A DNA stretch of 64,000 nucleotides from Candidatus Omnitrophota bacterium (GTDB lineage Bacteria; Omnitrophota; Gorgyraeia; Tantalellales; Tantalellaceae). The DNA is taken from assembly GCA_049642065.1 (NCBI GenBank), contig JBAROK010000032.1, positions 4,100 through 68,099 of the forward strand, in the 5' to 3' direction. This document shows positions 1 through 8,504 of the stretch, piece after piece; within the stretch, counting starts at the first letter, position 1; each line of letters opens with the position of its first letter. A program made the position numbers and the translations under genes. The notes under the pieces were generated by a model. It saw only the letters and a program-made list of their open reading frames with translations, was not told the DNA's origin and searched no databases.

Positions 1-41
1 ACAGTAACAGAAAGATTCTATAAGTCAAAAAGGGAGGAATA

Positions 42-398
42 ATGGCGAAAAAGAAGACGGATCTAAGCAAATTGATGAAACAGTACGAGCCTGTTGTAAA
101 GAAGGCCGGAGAACAGATATCAAAGGCCATAAAAGCAGCGGAAAAAGATGTTGCCAGGATGTACAGAGTCGCTGAAACGCATGTCGAAATACAGATGAAG
201 AACATCCAGAAGGAAAAGCTTTACTATGACATAGGCAAGGAAGTAGCTTGCAAGATTATGAAAGGCGGAATATCCGAGGAGGATATCGAAAAATTCAGAA
301 AAAAGATAAACAAAATAGACTCCGAATCTGCCAAAAAGAAAAAGCAGCTTTCCAGGGTTGGCAAGACAGCTAAAAAGAAAACTGCTAAGAAAAAATAG
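42..398 (+). CDS. Lysine-rich hypothetical protein with a basic KKKTAKKK C-terminal tail (histone H1 / phasin-like low-complexity).
   Basis: ORF with an AGGAGG Shine-Dalgarno 5 nt upstream of the ATG. Composition is highly basic with a K-rich C-terminus. No specific family recognised. Confidence 0.5.
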   Translation: MAKKKTDLSKLMKQYEPVVKKAGEQISKAIKAAEKDVARMYRVAETHVEIQMKNIQKEKLYYDIGKEVACKIMKGGISEEDIEKFRKKINKIDSESAKKKKQLSRVGKTAKKKTAKKK

Positions 399-427
399 CC
401 ACAAGAACCAGCAAAAGGGGGATTAAG

Positions 428-1471
428 ATGATCAAGAAGGTACTAATAGCGGTTCTTTTGATGGGGCTGGTCGGTGTGCATCAGACGGCACATGCGTTCA
501 TAGAATTACCTCATTTCACGCATCCTAAGGGAAAAGAATACAAGATAAAACGGTTAGTTTCTCAGCTATACGACAAAAGACAGGCGGTTGAAGCGCAGAG
601 ACAACTTTCAACCTATGGTACCGAAGTTACCCAGTATCTGATGCCCGTTCTCAAACAGAAGGATGACGAATCGGCTAAAATAGCGGCTCTTCGCATTATA
701 GCCGCTGTTGACGATCCTCAGGCGGAGGACCAGGTGATGGCCATGCTGAAGGACAGGAATCACAGGGTCAGGCAAGAAGCTGCCAGAACGCTGAGCACTA
801 TAGCGAAGAAACAGTCTTCTATTGAAGCGTTGAAAAAACTTACGACCGATTATTATCCTAACGTGAGATATAACGCTATAAGGGCTCTGGCAAGGATGGC
901 GCCGGAGGAGGATACGGATCTATTTATAAGCGTTCTTGGTGACAGCGATCCGCGTATACGCATGTTCGCAGTTGCGGCACTTGGCAGGATAAAGTCGGCT
1001 AAAGCTGTTCCTTATCTCACACAAATGGTAAGGGATTATGATCCTAATGTTCGACGTGCGCTAGTAATAGCCTTTGCGAATATTGGTACGCAGGATTGCC
1101 TACAGCCGATTGTATGGCTGATGAGGGATCCAGATCTTGGTGTCAGGATGCTGGCCGTGGAAAAGGTCGGAAAAATGAAAGTAAAAGGCGCGGATGAGCC
1201 GTTGGCGGAAGAGGCTAACAGTTACGATCCCAGGGTAGCCGGCAAAGCGATTATAGCGCTTGCTGACAGAAAAAGTCCTATGGCTCTAGAGATTGCAAAG
1301 GAGCATATTGAGGATGAATACCTGTCTGTGATTCTTGTATCCATAGAGGTCGTGGGTAGAATGGGCGGTAAAGAAGAAAAACCGCTTCTTGAATCGCTTC
1401 TTACGGCTGAATCCAGTAAGGTCAGGAAGCAGGCCCAGAAGGCTCTTGCGGAGGTTAACTCGAGAACATGA
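428..1471 (+). CDS. HEAT-repeat (PBS-lyase-like) domain protein with an N-terminal signal peptide.
   Basis: Hydrophobic signal-like N-terminus. Repeated DPNVR / DPRIR / DLGVR ...A..AL..I motifs recur with HEAT-repeat periodicity. AAAGGGGG SD upstream. Confidence 0.7.
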   Translation: MIKKVLIAVLLMGLVGVHQTAHAFIELPHFTHPKGKEYKIKRLVSQLYDKRQAVEAQRQLSTYGTEVTQYLMPVLKQKDDESAKIAALRIIAAVDDPQAEDQVMAMLKDRNHRVRQEAARTLSTIAKKQSSIEALKKLTTDYYPNVRYNAIRALARMAPEEDTDLFISVLGDSDPRIRMFAVAALGRIKSAKAVPYLTQMVRDYDPNVRRALVIAFANIGTQDCLQPIVWLMRDPDLGVRMLAVEKVGKMKVKGADEPLAEEANSYDPRVAGKAIIALADRKSPMALEIAKEHIEDEYLSVILVSIEVVGRMGGKEEKPLLESLLTAESSKVRKQAQKALAEVNSRT

Positions 1472-2592
1472 GCGCTGAAAACGCTCGCGCAAGATCAAAA
1501 AAATACGCTGCAATAAAGACAAAGATCTTTGTAGCAGACATTATTCTCTCAGTAGTCGCACTCGGGGCGTTCCAGTTATTACTGTCGCGCCCCGTTTCGC
1601 GTTTCGCGTTCGAAGCTCATCATAATTTTTACATTGCCTGTTTTATCTATACTGCAGTGTTCCTTGGGTTTATGTATGTGGCATCTTTTCCGCTAAATAT
1701 CACCGGTTCTTTTTTTGTGGAGAAGTCTTTTGCGCTTTCCAAACAGAGTTTCTTCGCATGGGTCTGTGACGAAGCGAAATCGGTGGCGCTATCTTTTGTG
1801 CTGTACATGGCGTGTATAGAGGTATTTTACCTGATTCTCAGGAATTTCCCGACTTTCTGGTGGGCCATAGCGGCGGGAGCATGGATATTCTTTTCAGTTG
1901 TACTCGCTAGGCTCATGCCGGTTCTACTTATACCCATATTCTTCAAATATTCTCCTATAGAGGACGCTTCATTAAAAGAAAAGATAATGGCGCTGGCCGA
2001 AAAATCAAGGATACGTCTTACCGAAGTGTGCCAGATAGATTTTAGCCGTAAAACCACTAAAGCCAATGCCGCGCTTGTGGGGCTCGGCGGGACAAGGAAA
2101 GTTATTCTTGCCGACACACTAATGAACGAGTTTGAACAGGATGAAGTCGTAGCAGTAGTGGCTCATGAGTTTGGCCACCAGAAATACAGGCATATATGGC
2201 AGCTTTTAGCGTTCTCGGCTGTTATGACGACGGCAGGGTTTTTTGTTCTTTCACGTGTTGCGGAAAAAGTGGTGGCTTTAGCGGGAGCCACTGGGTTGAC
2301 TGATCTCTATATATTTCCGGTACTGGTTTTTTTGATGCTGGCTTTTGGGATACTGCTGTTGCCCATACAGAACTATTTTTCCCGCGTACTTGAACGCCAG
2401 GCAGACAGGTTTGTTTTTGAAGTTACAGGTAAACCCGATGCTTTTATAGCGGTTATGAGGAAGTTGGCGGATACGAACCTAGCGGATATGAACCCATCCT
2501 TTCTTAAGAAGATATTCATGTATAACCATCCGCCCGTTAGTGAGAGGATCGAGATGGGTGAAAGAGAAAAATCTAAGACCGAAAATATATGA
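1468..2592 (+). CDS. M48-family (Ste24/HtpX-like) integral-membrane zinc metallopeptidase.
   Basis: Multiple TM segments followed by a VVAHEFGHQ HExxH zinc motif. The start overlaps the upstream stop (ATGA). Confidence 0.75.
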   Translation: MSAENARARSKKYAAIKTKIFVADIILSVVALGAFQLLLSRPVSRFAFEAHHNFYIACFIYTAVFLGFMYVASFPLNITGSFFVEKSFALSKQSFFAWVCDEAKSVALSFVLYMACIEVFYLILRNFPTFWWAIAAGAWIFFSVVLARLMPVLLIPIFFKYSPIEDASLKEKIMALAEKSRIRLTEVCQIDFSRKTTKANAALVGLGGTRKVILADTLMNEFEQDEVVAVVAHEFGHQKYRHIWQLLAFSAVMTTAGFFVLSRVAEKVVALAGATGLTDLYIFPVLVFLMLAFGILLLPIQNYFSRVLERQADRFVFEVTGKPDAFIAVMRKLADTNLADMNPSFLKKIFMYNHPPVSERIEMGEREKSKTENI

Positions 2593-3242
2593 AACGTATA
2601 GCCGGTAAACTTAAAAAGATATACGATCTTTTAGATAAACATTTCGGGGACTTGGCGTGGTGGCCGGCAGATACGGATTTTGAGGTCATGGTAGGCGCAA
2701 TGCTTACCCAGAATACGGCTTGGTCTAATGTAGAAAAGGCGATAGAGGGGTTAAAGAGCTCGGGGCTTTTAACGCCAGCTAAGATGTCGGGAGTGGACTT
2801 ACGACGCCTAGCAAGCGTTATCCGCCCGGCCGGTTATTTCAGGGTCAAGGCGCGCCGGCTCAAAGAGATGTGCCGATTCTTAATAGCCGAATGCGGCGGC
2901 AGAATAAAAACTCTCAGGAAAAGAGATGCCGCGTCTCTCAGGAAAATGCTTCTATCGTTAAACGGTATTGGTCCCGAAACAGCTGATTCAATACTTATCT
3001 TTGCGCTTGAAAAACCCGTGTTCGTTGTGGATGCTTATACGAGGCGCATATTCTCGCGTCATGGTCTTGCAGAAGAAGACGCATCTTATGAGGAGCTGCA
3101 GGCGCTGGTACGGGAGAACTTTCCGGTTGAAGTTAAAAAACTGAACCAGTTTCATGCTTTGATTGTCGAAGCCTCTAAGCGGTATTGCAAGAAACGAAAT
3201 CCATTGTGTGAAGAGTGTCCATTAGGTATACTCTTAAAGTGA
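2589..3242 (+). CDS. Endonuclease III-like HhH-GPD family protein (DNA glycosylase-like).
   Basis: NGIGPETADSILIFAL helix-hairpin-helix, a GPD-region Asp, and C-terminal Cys residues (CKKRNPLCEECP). ATGA overlap with the upstream gene. Confidence 0.65.
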   Translation: MKRIAGKLKKIYDLLDKHFGDLAWWPADTDFEVMVGAMLTQNTAWSNVEKAIEGLKSSGLLTPAKMSGVDLRRLASVIRPAGYFRVKARRLKEMCRFLIAECGGRIKTLRKRDAASLRKMLLSLNGIGPETADSILIFALEKPVFVVDAYTRRIFSRHGLAEEDASYEELQALVRENFPVEVKKLNQFHALIVEASKRYCKKRNPLCEECPLGILLK

Positions 3243-3285
3243 CAGGGCACTTATAGCGTACAGCTTTAAAAAAGGGAGGTGGGTT

Positions 3286-3576
3286 ATGGTATTCGGCCTT
3301 TTTGGTAAGAAAGAATCAGAAGAGGTTCTTGTCGGTGAAGTGATACATTATTTCCGCAAGGTTAAAGCCGCTGTTGTGAAAGTCAAGGAGAACAAAGTCG
3401 CTGTTGGGGACAGCATAAGGGTAAAAGGGAACACCACGGATTTTACCGAGAAAATTAAATCTATGCAGATCGACCACGAGATTGTGAACAGCGCTTCTAA
3501 GGGTAAAGAGGTGGCCATACAGATGAAAAAGAAAACAAGAAGGGGAGACAGAGTTTTTATCCTGAAGGAAAAATAA
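3286..3576 (+). CDS. Small hypothetical protein (96 aa), possibly a beta-barrel fold.
   Basis: GGAGGTGGG SD upstream of the ATG. The stop abuts the suhB start. No family recognised. Confidence 0.45.
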   Translation: MVFGLFGKKESEEVLVGEVIHYFRKVKAAVVKVKENKVAVGDSIRVKGNTTDFTEKIKSMQIDHEIVNSASKGKEVAIQMKKKTRRGDRVFILKEK

Positions 3577-4353
3577 ATGGACGAACTTAAAAAGATAAAG
3601 GAAGTAGCCGAGGCGGTTGCCAGGGAGGCAGGAGAATATGTTTACAGTCGCATGGGACGGTTAAAGGAGGTCTCTCATAAAAGCGGTATTAACGATCTTG
3701 TGACAGATGTAGATAAAGGTTCCGAACGCATAATAATCGAGAAGATTAAGGAGAATTTCCCGGACCATTCCATACTAGCCGAAGAAAGTGGGGAAGACAG
3801 TTCGGGGGGTGCTTTTAGGTGGGTTATTGATCCGCTTGATGGGACGACAAATTATACGCATTCGTTCCCTTTTTTCTGCGTATCCATCGGGGTCTTCTAC
3901 GATGATAAAGTAAAGATAGGGGTTGTGTATGATCCTTGCCGGGACGAGCTTTTTATTGCCGGTAAGGGAAACGGTGCTTTTTTGAACGGCAGTCCGATAA
4001 ATGTATCCGGAAGACAAACTCTAAGTGATTCGATGATAGCTACGGGGTTTGCATACAATATGGAGACAAAAAAAGCCAACTTGGGGCATTTCGGGATAAT
4101 GATGGAAACTGCCCAGTCGGTAAGGCGTGCTGGTTCTGCGGCATTGGACCTGTGTTATGTGGCCTGTGGCAGGTTCGACGGTTTTTGGGAACTAGGGCTT
4201 CACCCGTGGGATACTGCAGCAGGCCAGCTAATAGTTACTGAAGCGGGTGGTAAGGTGACAGATATGAGCGGCAAAGATTTTGATATATTCAAAAAAAATA
4301 TAATTGCCACTAACAGCAAGATTCATTTCGAGATGGTAAACCTGCTAAAATAA
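3577..4353 (+). CDS. suhB: Inositol monophosphatase family protein (SuhB-like).
   Basis: Classic WVIDPLDGTTNY metal-binding motif, EESG motif and a C-terminal WD...AG motif. Confidence 0.85.
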   Translation: MDELKKIKEVAEAVAREAGEYVYSRMGRLKEVSHKSGINDLVTDVDKGSERIIIEKIKENFPDHSILAEESGEDSSGGAFRWVIDPLDGTTNYTHSFPFFCVSIGVFYDDKVKIGVVYDPCRDELFIAGKGNGAFLNGSPINVSGRQTLSDSMIATGFAYNMETKKANLGHFGIMMETAQSVRRAGSAALDLCYVACGRFDGFWELGLHPWDTAAGQLIVTEAGGKVTDMSGKDFDIFKKNIIATNSKIHFEMVNLLK

Positions 4354-4383
4354 CACCTAATTGTTAGTTTAATAAAAGTTAAA

Positions 4384-4418
4384 AATCCTCTAAATACTAA
4401 TATTTAGAGGATTTTTTT
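4384..4418 (+). terminator. Rho-independent terminator after suhB.
   Basis: 13-bp perfect stem AATCCTCTAAATA / TATTTAGAGGATT with a 4-nt loop, followed by a T7 run. Confidence 0.8.
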
Positions 4419-4458
4419 ATACTATTTTATCCCTAATGTTAGGATATAAAAAAGTTAA

Positions 4459-4487
4459 TTGACTTGCGGCTCAAGGAAGGGTAAAAT
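4459..4487 (+). promoter_or_regulatory. Sigma70-like promoter TTGACT-17-TAAAAT upstream of ORF 4537.
   Basis: -35 hexamer at 4459-4464, 17-nt spacer, -10 hexamer at 4482-4487. A second AATTGACTT copy sits at 4511-4519. Confidence 0.5.
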
Positions 4488-4536
4488 TGTAAATGTAAAG
4501 AAAGTAAGGTGAATTGACTTCGTAGGGGGTAGCAAC

Positions 4537-4908
4537 ATGAAATATCGGACAGTTATTGAGCTCATATGTGAAGCAGCGGATGAGGAAGAGGCTACGAATA
4601 TCGCAGGTGAGTATCTGAGAGGCGAAATGGATTTTGGCGTGGAAATGGGGTGCAAGACAGTATCTCTCTGGTCACACAAGATGAAAAAATGTGCGATTTA
4701 CACTGCAATGACATTTCTTGTATTTTCAGCACTGCTTTTTAAGGTTACGCCGCTAGATGGTAATGAAAAGATACGCAATACCGTCGGACCGGGACTTAGA
4801 GGCACTTATACGATAATGCCAGCTTTGAAGACAAAGCACAGATCCGACTTCAAGAAAGAGTGGGAACAGAAAAAACAGGAAGCTGTTCTTGACTTCCTGA
4901 AAAAATAA
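4537..4908 (+). CDS. Hypothetical protein with one predicted TM helix.
   Basis: ORF preceded by a GGGGG SD and followed by a terminator. No family recognised. Confidence 0.4.
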   Translation: MKYRTVIELICEAADEEEATNIAGEYLRGEMDFGVEMGCKTVSLWSHKMKKCAIYTAMTFLVFSALLFKVTPLDGNEKIRNTVGPGLRGTYTIMPALKTKHRSDFKKEWEQKKQEAVLDFLKK

Positions 4909-4938
4909 ACGAACCCTTTTAAGTGGTAGGGGACAAAG

Positions 4939-4970
4939 GAAGAAGAAGCCTGGAGGCTTCTTCTTTTTTT
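4939..4970 (+). terminator. Rho-independent terminator.
   Basis: Stem GAAGAAGAAGCC / GGCTTCTTCTT with a TGGA loop, followed by a T-run. Confidence 0.8.
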
Positions 4971-4999
4971 ATGCCCGGGGGAGCTGAAGCGGTAAGACC

Positions 5000-5028
5000 T
5001 TGAAAATCTGCAAAGTGTTATGTATACT
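5000..5028 (+). promoter_or_regulatory. Sigma70-like promoter TTGAAA-17-TATACT for the response-regulator gene.
   Basis: -35 at 5000-5005, 17-nt spacer, -10 at 5023-5028. An AT-rich leader runs to the ATG at 5102. Confidence 0.5.
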
Positions 5029-5101
5029 TTACACGAGTTCTATATAATAGTCTTTATAAGCATATTTATTTATATTTACTGGATTAGTTGGAGCGCATAA
5101 T

Positions 5102-5533
5102 ATGAACGAAGAAAAGCAGAAAAAGAAACACAAGATACTTGTTGTTGATGACCAGGTTGGTATAGTGTCTTTTTTGTATGACTTTTTTACGATTAAAGAT
5201 TATGACGTATTGCAGGCCACCAACGGAAAAAAAGCGGTAAAACTTGTTGCAGAAGAAAAACCCGTATTGGTGCTTCTGGACGTTCGCCTGGGTTGGGGCA
5301 TGGACGGGATCGAGGTTCTCAGGGAAATAAAGGAGATCGCGCCCAATGTACGCGTGATAATGATGACAAGCGTGGCCGATGAGGACGTGATCGAAGAAGC
5401 CTTCAGTCTCGGAGCGGACGACTATGTTATCAAACCTTTCAGTTTGAAATACCTTGAAAAAGTCGTAATGCTCAAGGTGCTTAATCTGGAGATCGAACGG
5501 CTTGGGGAAGGCGGAAGTGGGCAAGCAGAGTAA
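5102..5533 (+). CDS. Stand-alone response-regulator receiver domain protein (CheY-like).
   Basis: VVDDQ acidic pocket, phospho-acceptor D in LLDVRL, T in MMTSV and K in VIKPF. There is no output domain and no kinase nearby. Confidence 0.8.
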   Translation: MNEEKQKKKHKILVVDDQVGIVSFLYDFFTIKDYDVLQATNGKKAVKLVAEEKPVLVLLDVRLGWGMDGIEVLREIKEIAPNVRVIMMTSVADEDVIEEAFSLGADDYVIKPFSLKYLEKVVMLKVLNLEIERLGEGGSGQAE

Positions 5534-6026
5534 AAAGGTTTTTGACGGCCGTCTTCTTAAGGTTTTCAAGACATATCAAAAACTTCCCAACGGTAAAAAA
5601 GCTTATCTGGAAGAAGTGCGCCATCCCGGTGCGGCGATAATAGTCCCTTTTGTGAATAATAAGATAGTGTTCATACGGCAGTATCGGCCGGTGATTGGCA
5701 AATATATCTGGGAGCTTCCTGCAGGGACTCTCGATGCTAAAGAGACTCCGCACGCCTGTGCCAAAAGGGAAGTGACTGAAGAGACGGGTTACCTCGCTGG
5801 GAAACTAAGTAAGCTGGGGTATATCTATACGACCCCGGGTTTTTGTACCGAAAAGATACATGTTTACAGGGCTGACTGTAAAGGGAAGAGAGAGACCTGT
5901 AGGGATGAGGATGAGATAATCGATGTACGCCTGTTAAGTAAGGCTGAGGTGCGTAAAAAGTTCCAGAATGGCCGGATTAATGACGCTAAGACTATTAGCG
6001 CATTGAAGTTCGCCGGGGTATTATGA
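5502..6026 (+). CDS. NUDIX hydrolase (ADP-ribose pyrophosphatase-like).
   Basis: NUDIX box G(x5)E(x7)REVTEETG is present. The start overlaps the upstream gene by 32 nt, so it may be slightly later. Confidence 0.8.
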   Translation: MGKAEVGKQSKKVFDGRLLKVFKTYQKLPNGKKAYLEEVRHPGAAIIVPFVNNKIVFIRQYRPVIGKYIWELPAGTLDAKETPHACAKREVTEETGYLAGKLSKLGYIYTTPGFCTEKIHVYRADCKGKRETCRDEDEIIDVRLLSKAEVRKKFQNGRINDAKTISALKFAGVL

Positions 6027-6103
6027 GAAGTTTTCCCCGCGGCTGTCTCTTGACAATTGATATTATATAATATATACTTCAACAAAGGTTAAAGGGGGTG
6101 GAG

Positions 6104-6403
6104 ATGAGAAAGCTTTTAATATTATTAGTTATATTTGTGTTGTTACTTAACGTAAACGCTTTTGCTTCCAGGAATGAGCCGTTAAAGAACCTCGGTGAGG
6201 GGCTTGATGATATGGCATATGGTACGATGGAGACTCCTGACAGCATTGATGAAACAGGCACCAAGGGAACGCCGGCTTATCCGAGTTGTACAGAAAAGAC
6301 CAGTGATGACTTTGGTAGAGGGGTAGCAAGGTTCGTGGGAGGAATTTGGAGGATAGCCACATTCTGGTATCCGGAAGATGATGCCTCAACTGCTGCTAAA
6401 TAA
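6104..6403 (+). CDS. Small secreted hypothetical protein.
   Basis: Signal peptide (LLILLVIFVLLLNVNAFA). AAAGGGGG SD upstream. The ATG at 6104 is preferred over the GTG at 6098. Confidence 0.4.
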   Translation: MRKLLILLVIFVLLLNVNAFASRNEPLKNLGEGLDDMAYGTMETPDSIDETGTKGTPAYPSCTEKTSDDFGRGVARFVGGIWRIATFWYPEDDASTAAK

Positions 6404-6426
6404 ATAGAGAAGACTTTTTAATGAAA

Positions 6427-6460
6427 AAGCCCATCTTTGAGAAAAGATGGGCTTTTTTTT
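6427..6460. terminator. Bidirectional rho-independent terminator between convergent genes.
   Basis: Stem AAGCCCATCTT / AAGATGGGCTT with a 6-nt loop. It is flanked by an A-run on the 5' side and a T8 run on the 3' side. Confidence 0.8.
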
Positions 6461-6480
6461 ATTGTTATTGAAGGTTGAGC

Positions 6481-7023
6481 TCAGTATTTATTGTAACCGA
6501 TAACCTCATTTTTATCCTTCATCGGTTTTTCGCGCAATTCTCGTTCTCCCGGATAACCCATGGAAACAACAAGCTCTATTCTTCTTGTGCGCGGAACGAA
6601 AAGTATCTTTTTTAGCTTTTTCTCATTAAACCAGCCCAGGATGCATGTGCCTATGCCCAGCTCCTGTGCTTGTAGCGCCAAATGTTCGCAAGCTATCCCT
6701 ATGTCGATTTTACGGAAATCGGTCCTTCTCAGTTTATTGCCGACCCATGCGGGTAATTTCATCTTCTCGGCGACAATTACGATAAATGCCGCAGCTTCAC
6801 GGGCAAAAGCGTTCATCTGATACGCTCCGGAAAAGACGTTATCCGCTATTTTGCTCCGGGTATCGGGATCGTCTGCTATGATGAATTTCCAGGGCTGTGA
6901 GTTGCAGGCGGATGGTGCATGACGAGCAGCTTCAACGCATAAGTTCAGGTCTTCACGCGATATTTTACGGCCGTTATAAGCACGGATGCTTCTTCTAGAT
7001 CTTGCCAGCTCAAGAAAATCCAT
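6481..7023 (-). CDS. Nitroreductase family protein (FMN-dependent).
   Basis: The N-terminus MDFLELARSRRSIRAY is the nitroreductase signature. The start is the internal ATG at 7023, which has an AGGAGG SD. The longer track ORF to 7203 is an artefactual extension. Confidence 0.8.
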   Translation of the reverse strand: MDFLELARSRRSIRAYNGRKISREDLNLCVEAARHAPSACNSQPWKFIIADDPDTRSKIADNVFSGAYQMNAFAREAAAFIVIVAEKMKLPAWVGNKLRRTDFRKIDIGIACEHLALQAQELGIGTCILGWFNEKKLKKILFVPRTRRIELVVSMGYPGERELREKPMKDKNEVIGYNKY

Positions 7024-7072
7024 ATTTCCTCCTGTCTTGTTTATAACTATAGTTTTGATTATAATATAACAC

Positions 7073-7891
7073 ATGAGAAAAGCCCAGACTATATTCATCT
7101 TTCTGTGTCTTGCTTTGGTCCTGCAGGGTTGTGCTAGTACCGGTACGGTAAAACAGTTAAAACCGCAAAGCGACATTTCAGAAGAAAGAGCCATACAGGA
7201 CATATCCGCAAGAACACGTTTTCATACCGGTAAAAGACTGATATATCTTATTGCCTGGAATGGTATACCCGTGGGCAGGATAGTTACCGAGACTGGGGGG
7301 ATAATTAACTATAGGGGGCGCGACGTGCATGTCGTGAAACTTGTTACAGAGTCCAATAAGTTCCTTTCAAGGATATACAGGGTGGAGGATACGTACATCT
7401 CATATATAGATGCCGAGACGATGACTAGCCGGCGTTACGAAGCGGACAGAAAAGAAGGTAATTACAGGAAGCACCTTATCATGGAATATGATTTTGACAA
7501 GATGGAGGCCATATATACCAACCTTACTGATGGATCCGTTAAAAGATGCTCAATCAAGGAGAACGTGCAGGACCCTTTAAGCGCCATGTGTTATTTTATG
7601 ACGCTTCCTATCAAGCTCGGGGAGAAGATAAACATTACCGTCAACCTTAACGAAAAGAATTACGAGCTTTTTGCCAGGGTGGAAGATATAGATATGGTGA
7701 AGCTGCGCGGATTAGGGTCGTACCCCGCATTTAAGGTCAGGCCATACGCTGAGCTAAGGGGGGAACGCGTTAGAAAAGGAAGAGCTTGGATGCATTTTGC
7801 AGCGAATGAAGATCGATATCCGCTTTATGGTGTTGTGCGTATACCTTTCGGAAGGGTAACTGCATCTTTAAGGTCAGTAGAAGATATATAA
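7073..7891 (+). CDS. Putative lipoprotein (DUF3108-like beta-barrel?), function unknown.
   Basis: Lipobox LVLQGC following a signal peptide. Confidence 0.5.
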   Translation: MRKAQTIFIFLCLALVLQGCASTGTVKQLKPQSDISEERAIQDISARTRFHTGKRLIYLIAWNGIPVGRIVTETGGIINYRGRDVHVVKLVTESNKFLSRIYRVEDTYISYIDAETMTSRRYEADRKEGNYRKHLIMEYDFDKMEAIYTNLTDGSVKRCSIKENVQDPLSAMCYFMTLPIKLGEKINITVNLNEKNYELFARVEDIDMVKLRGLGSYPAFKVRPYAELRGERVRKGRAWMHFAANEDRYPLYGVVRIPFGRVTASLRSVEDI

Positions 7892-7999
7892 GTTTCTTGA
7901 CAGACATAAAAATAATATTAATATGTAAGGTATAGAAAATAGCGTATAATAAGCAATAATCAATAGTTTGGATTCTATCGTGGGTAAAGGGGAGGGGAC

Positions 8000-8476
8000 A
8001 TGAAGAAGATAGCGATCATCTATTATTCCAAGACAGGTAACACCGAAGCCATGGCGAGGCTCATAGAAGAGGGGGCGCGTATGGAGCCGGATGTTCAGGT
8101 GGATCTGAGGAAAATCGAGAATTTCCCGACTGAAAAGGCCTTGGACTATGACGCGTTGATTGTAGGCTCACCAACGTATTACGGGTCCATGGCGCATCAA
8201 CTCAAGAAATTCTTCGATGATTCAGTTGCTTTTCACGGTAAATTGTCCGGGAAGGTCGGTGCGGCTTTTTCTTCGGCGGCAAACGTCGGTGGCGGGAACG
8301 AAACTACAATAAACGATATATTGAACGCGATGCTTATTCACGGAATGATCGTTCAGGGCGAGCATGCAGGAGACCATTATGGACCAGTTTCGATAGGTGT
8401 CCCTGATGACCGAGCGGAAAGGCAGTGCCGTGCTTTGGGTAAAAAAGTAGCCGCACTGGTCAAGAGGGTCTGCTGA
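8000..8476 (+). CDS. Flavodoxin-family FMN-binding protein (WrbA/NADPH-FMN reductase-like).
   Basis: MKKIAIIYYSKTGNTE FMN-phosphate loop and a GSPTYYG motif. GGGGAGGGG SD upstream. Confidence 0.7.
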   Translation: MKKIAIIYYSKTGNTEAMARLIEEGARMEPDVQVDLRKIENFPTEKALDYDALIVGSPTYYGSMAHQLKKFFDDSVAFHGKLSGKVGAAFSSAANVGGGNETTINDILNAMLIHGMIVQGEHAGDHYGPVSIGVPDDRAERQCRALGKKVAALVKRVC

Positions 8477-8504
8477 AATTTTAAACTTATCAAAGAAGGA
8501 GAAT

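Noticed and set aside
42-398. Chlamydial Hc1/HctA-type histone-like protein.
   Set aside because: Only the K-rich C-terminal tail is reminiscent. The N-terminal region does not match Hc1 and no AKK/AAK tandem repeats are present. Kept as a generic K-rich hypothetical.
5084-5569. 161-aa ORF on the - strand, antisense to the response-regulator gene.
   Set aside because: The + strand frame has a complete CheY-like receiver signature (DD, D, T, K). The antisense ORF has no RBS or family features.
6481-7203. Longer 240-aa version of the nitroreductase ORF.
   Set aside because: The nitroreductase N-terminal signature (MDFLELARSRRSIRAY) begins at the internal ATG (7023), which has an AGGAGG SD. 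The 60-codon upstream extension is Cys/hydrophobic junk overlapping the divergent gene's promoter.
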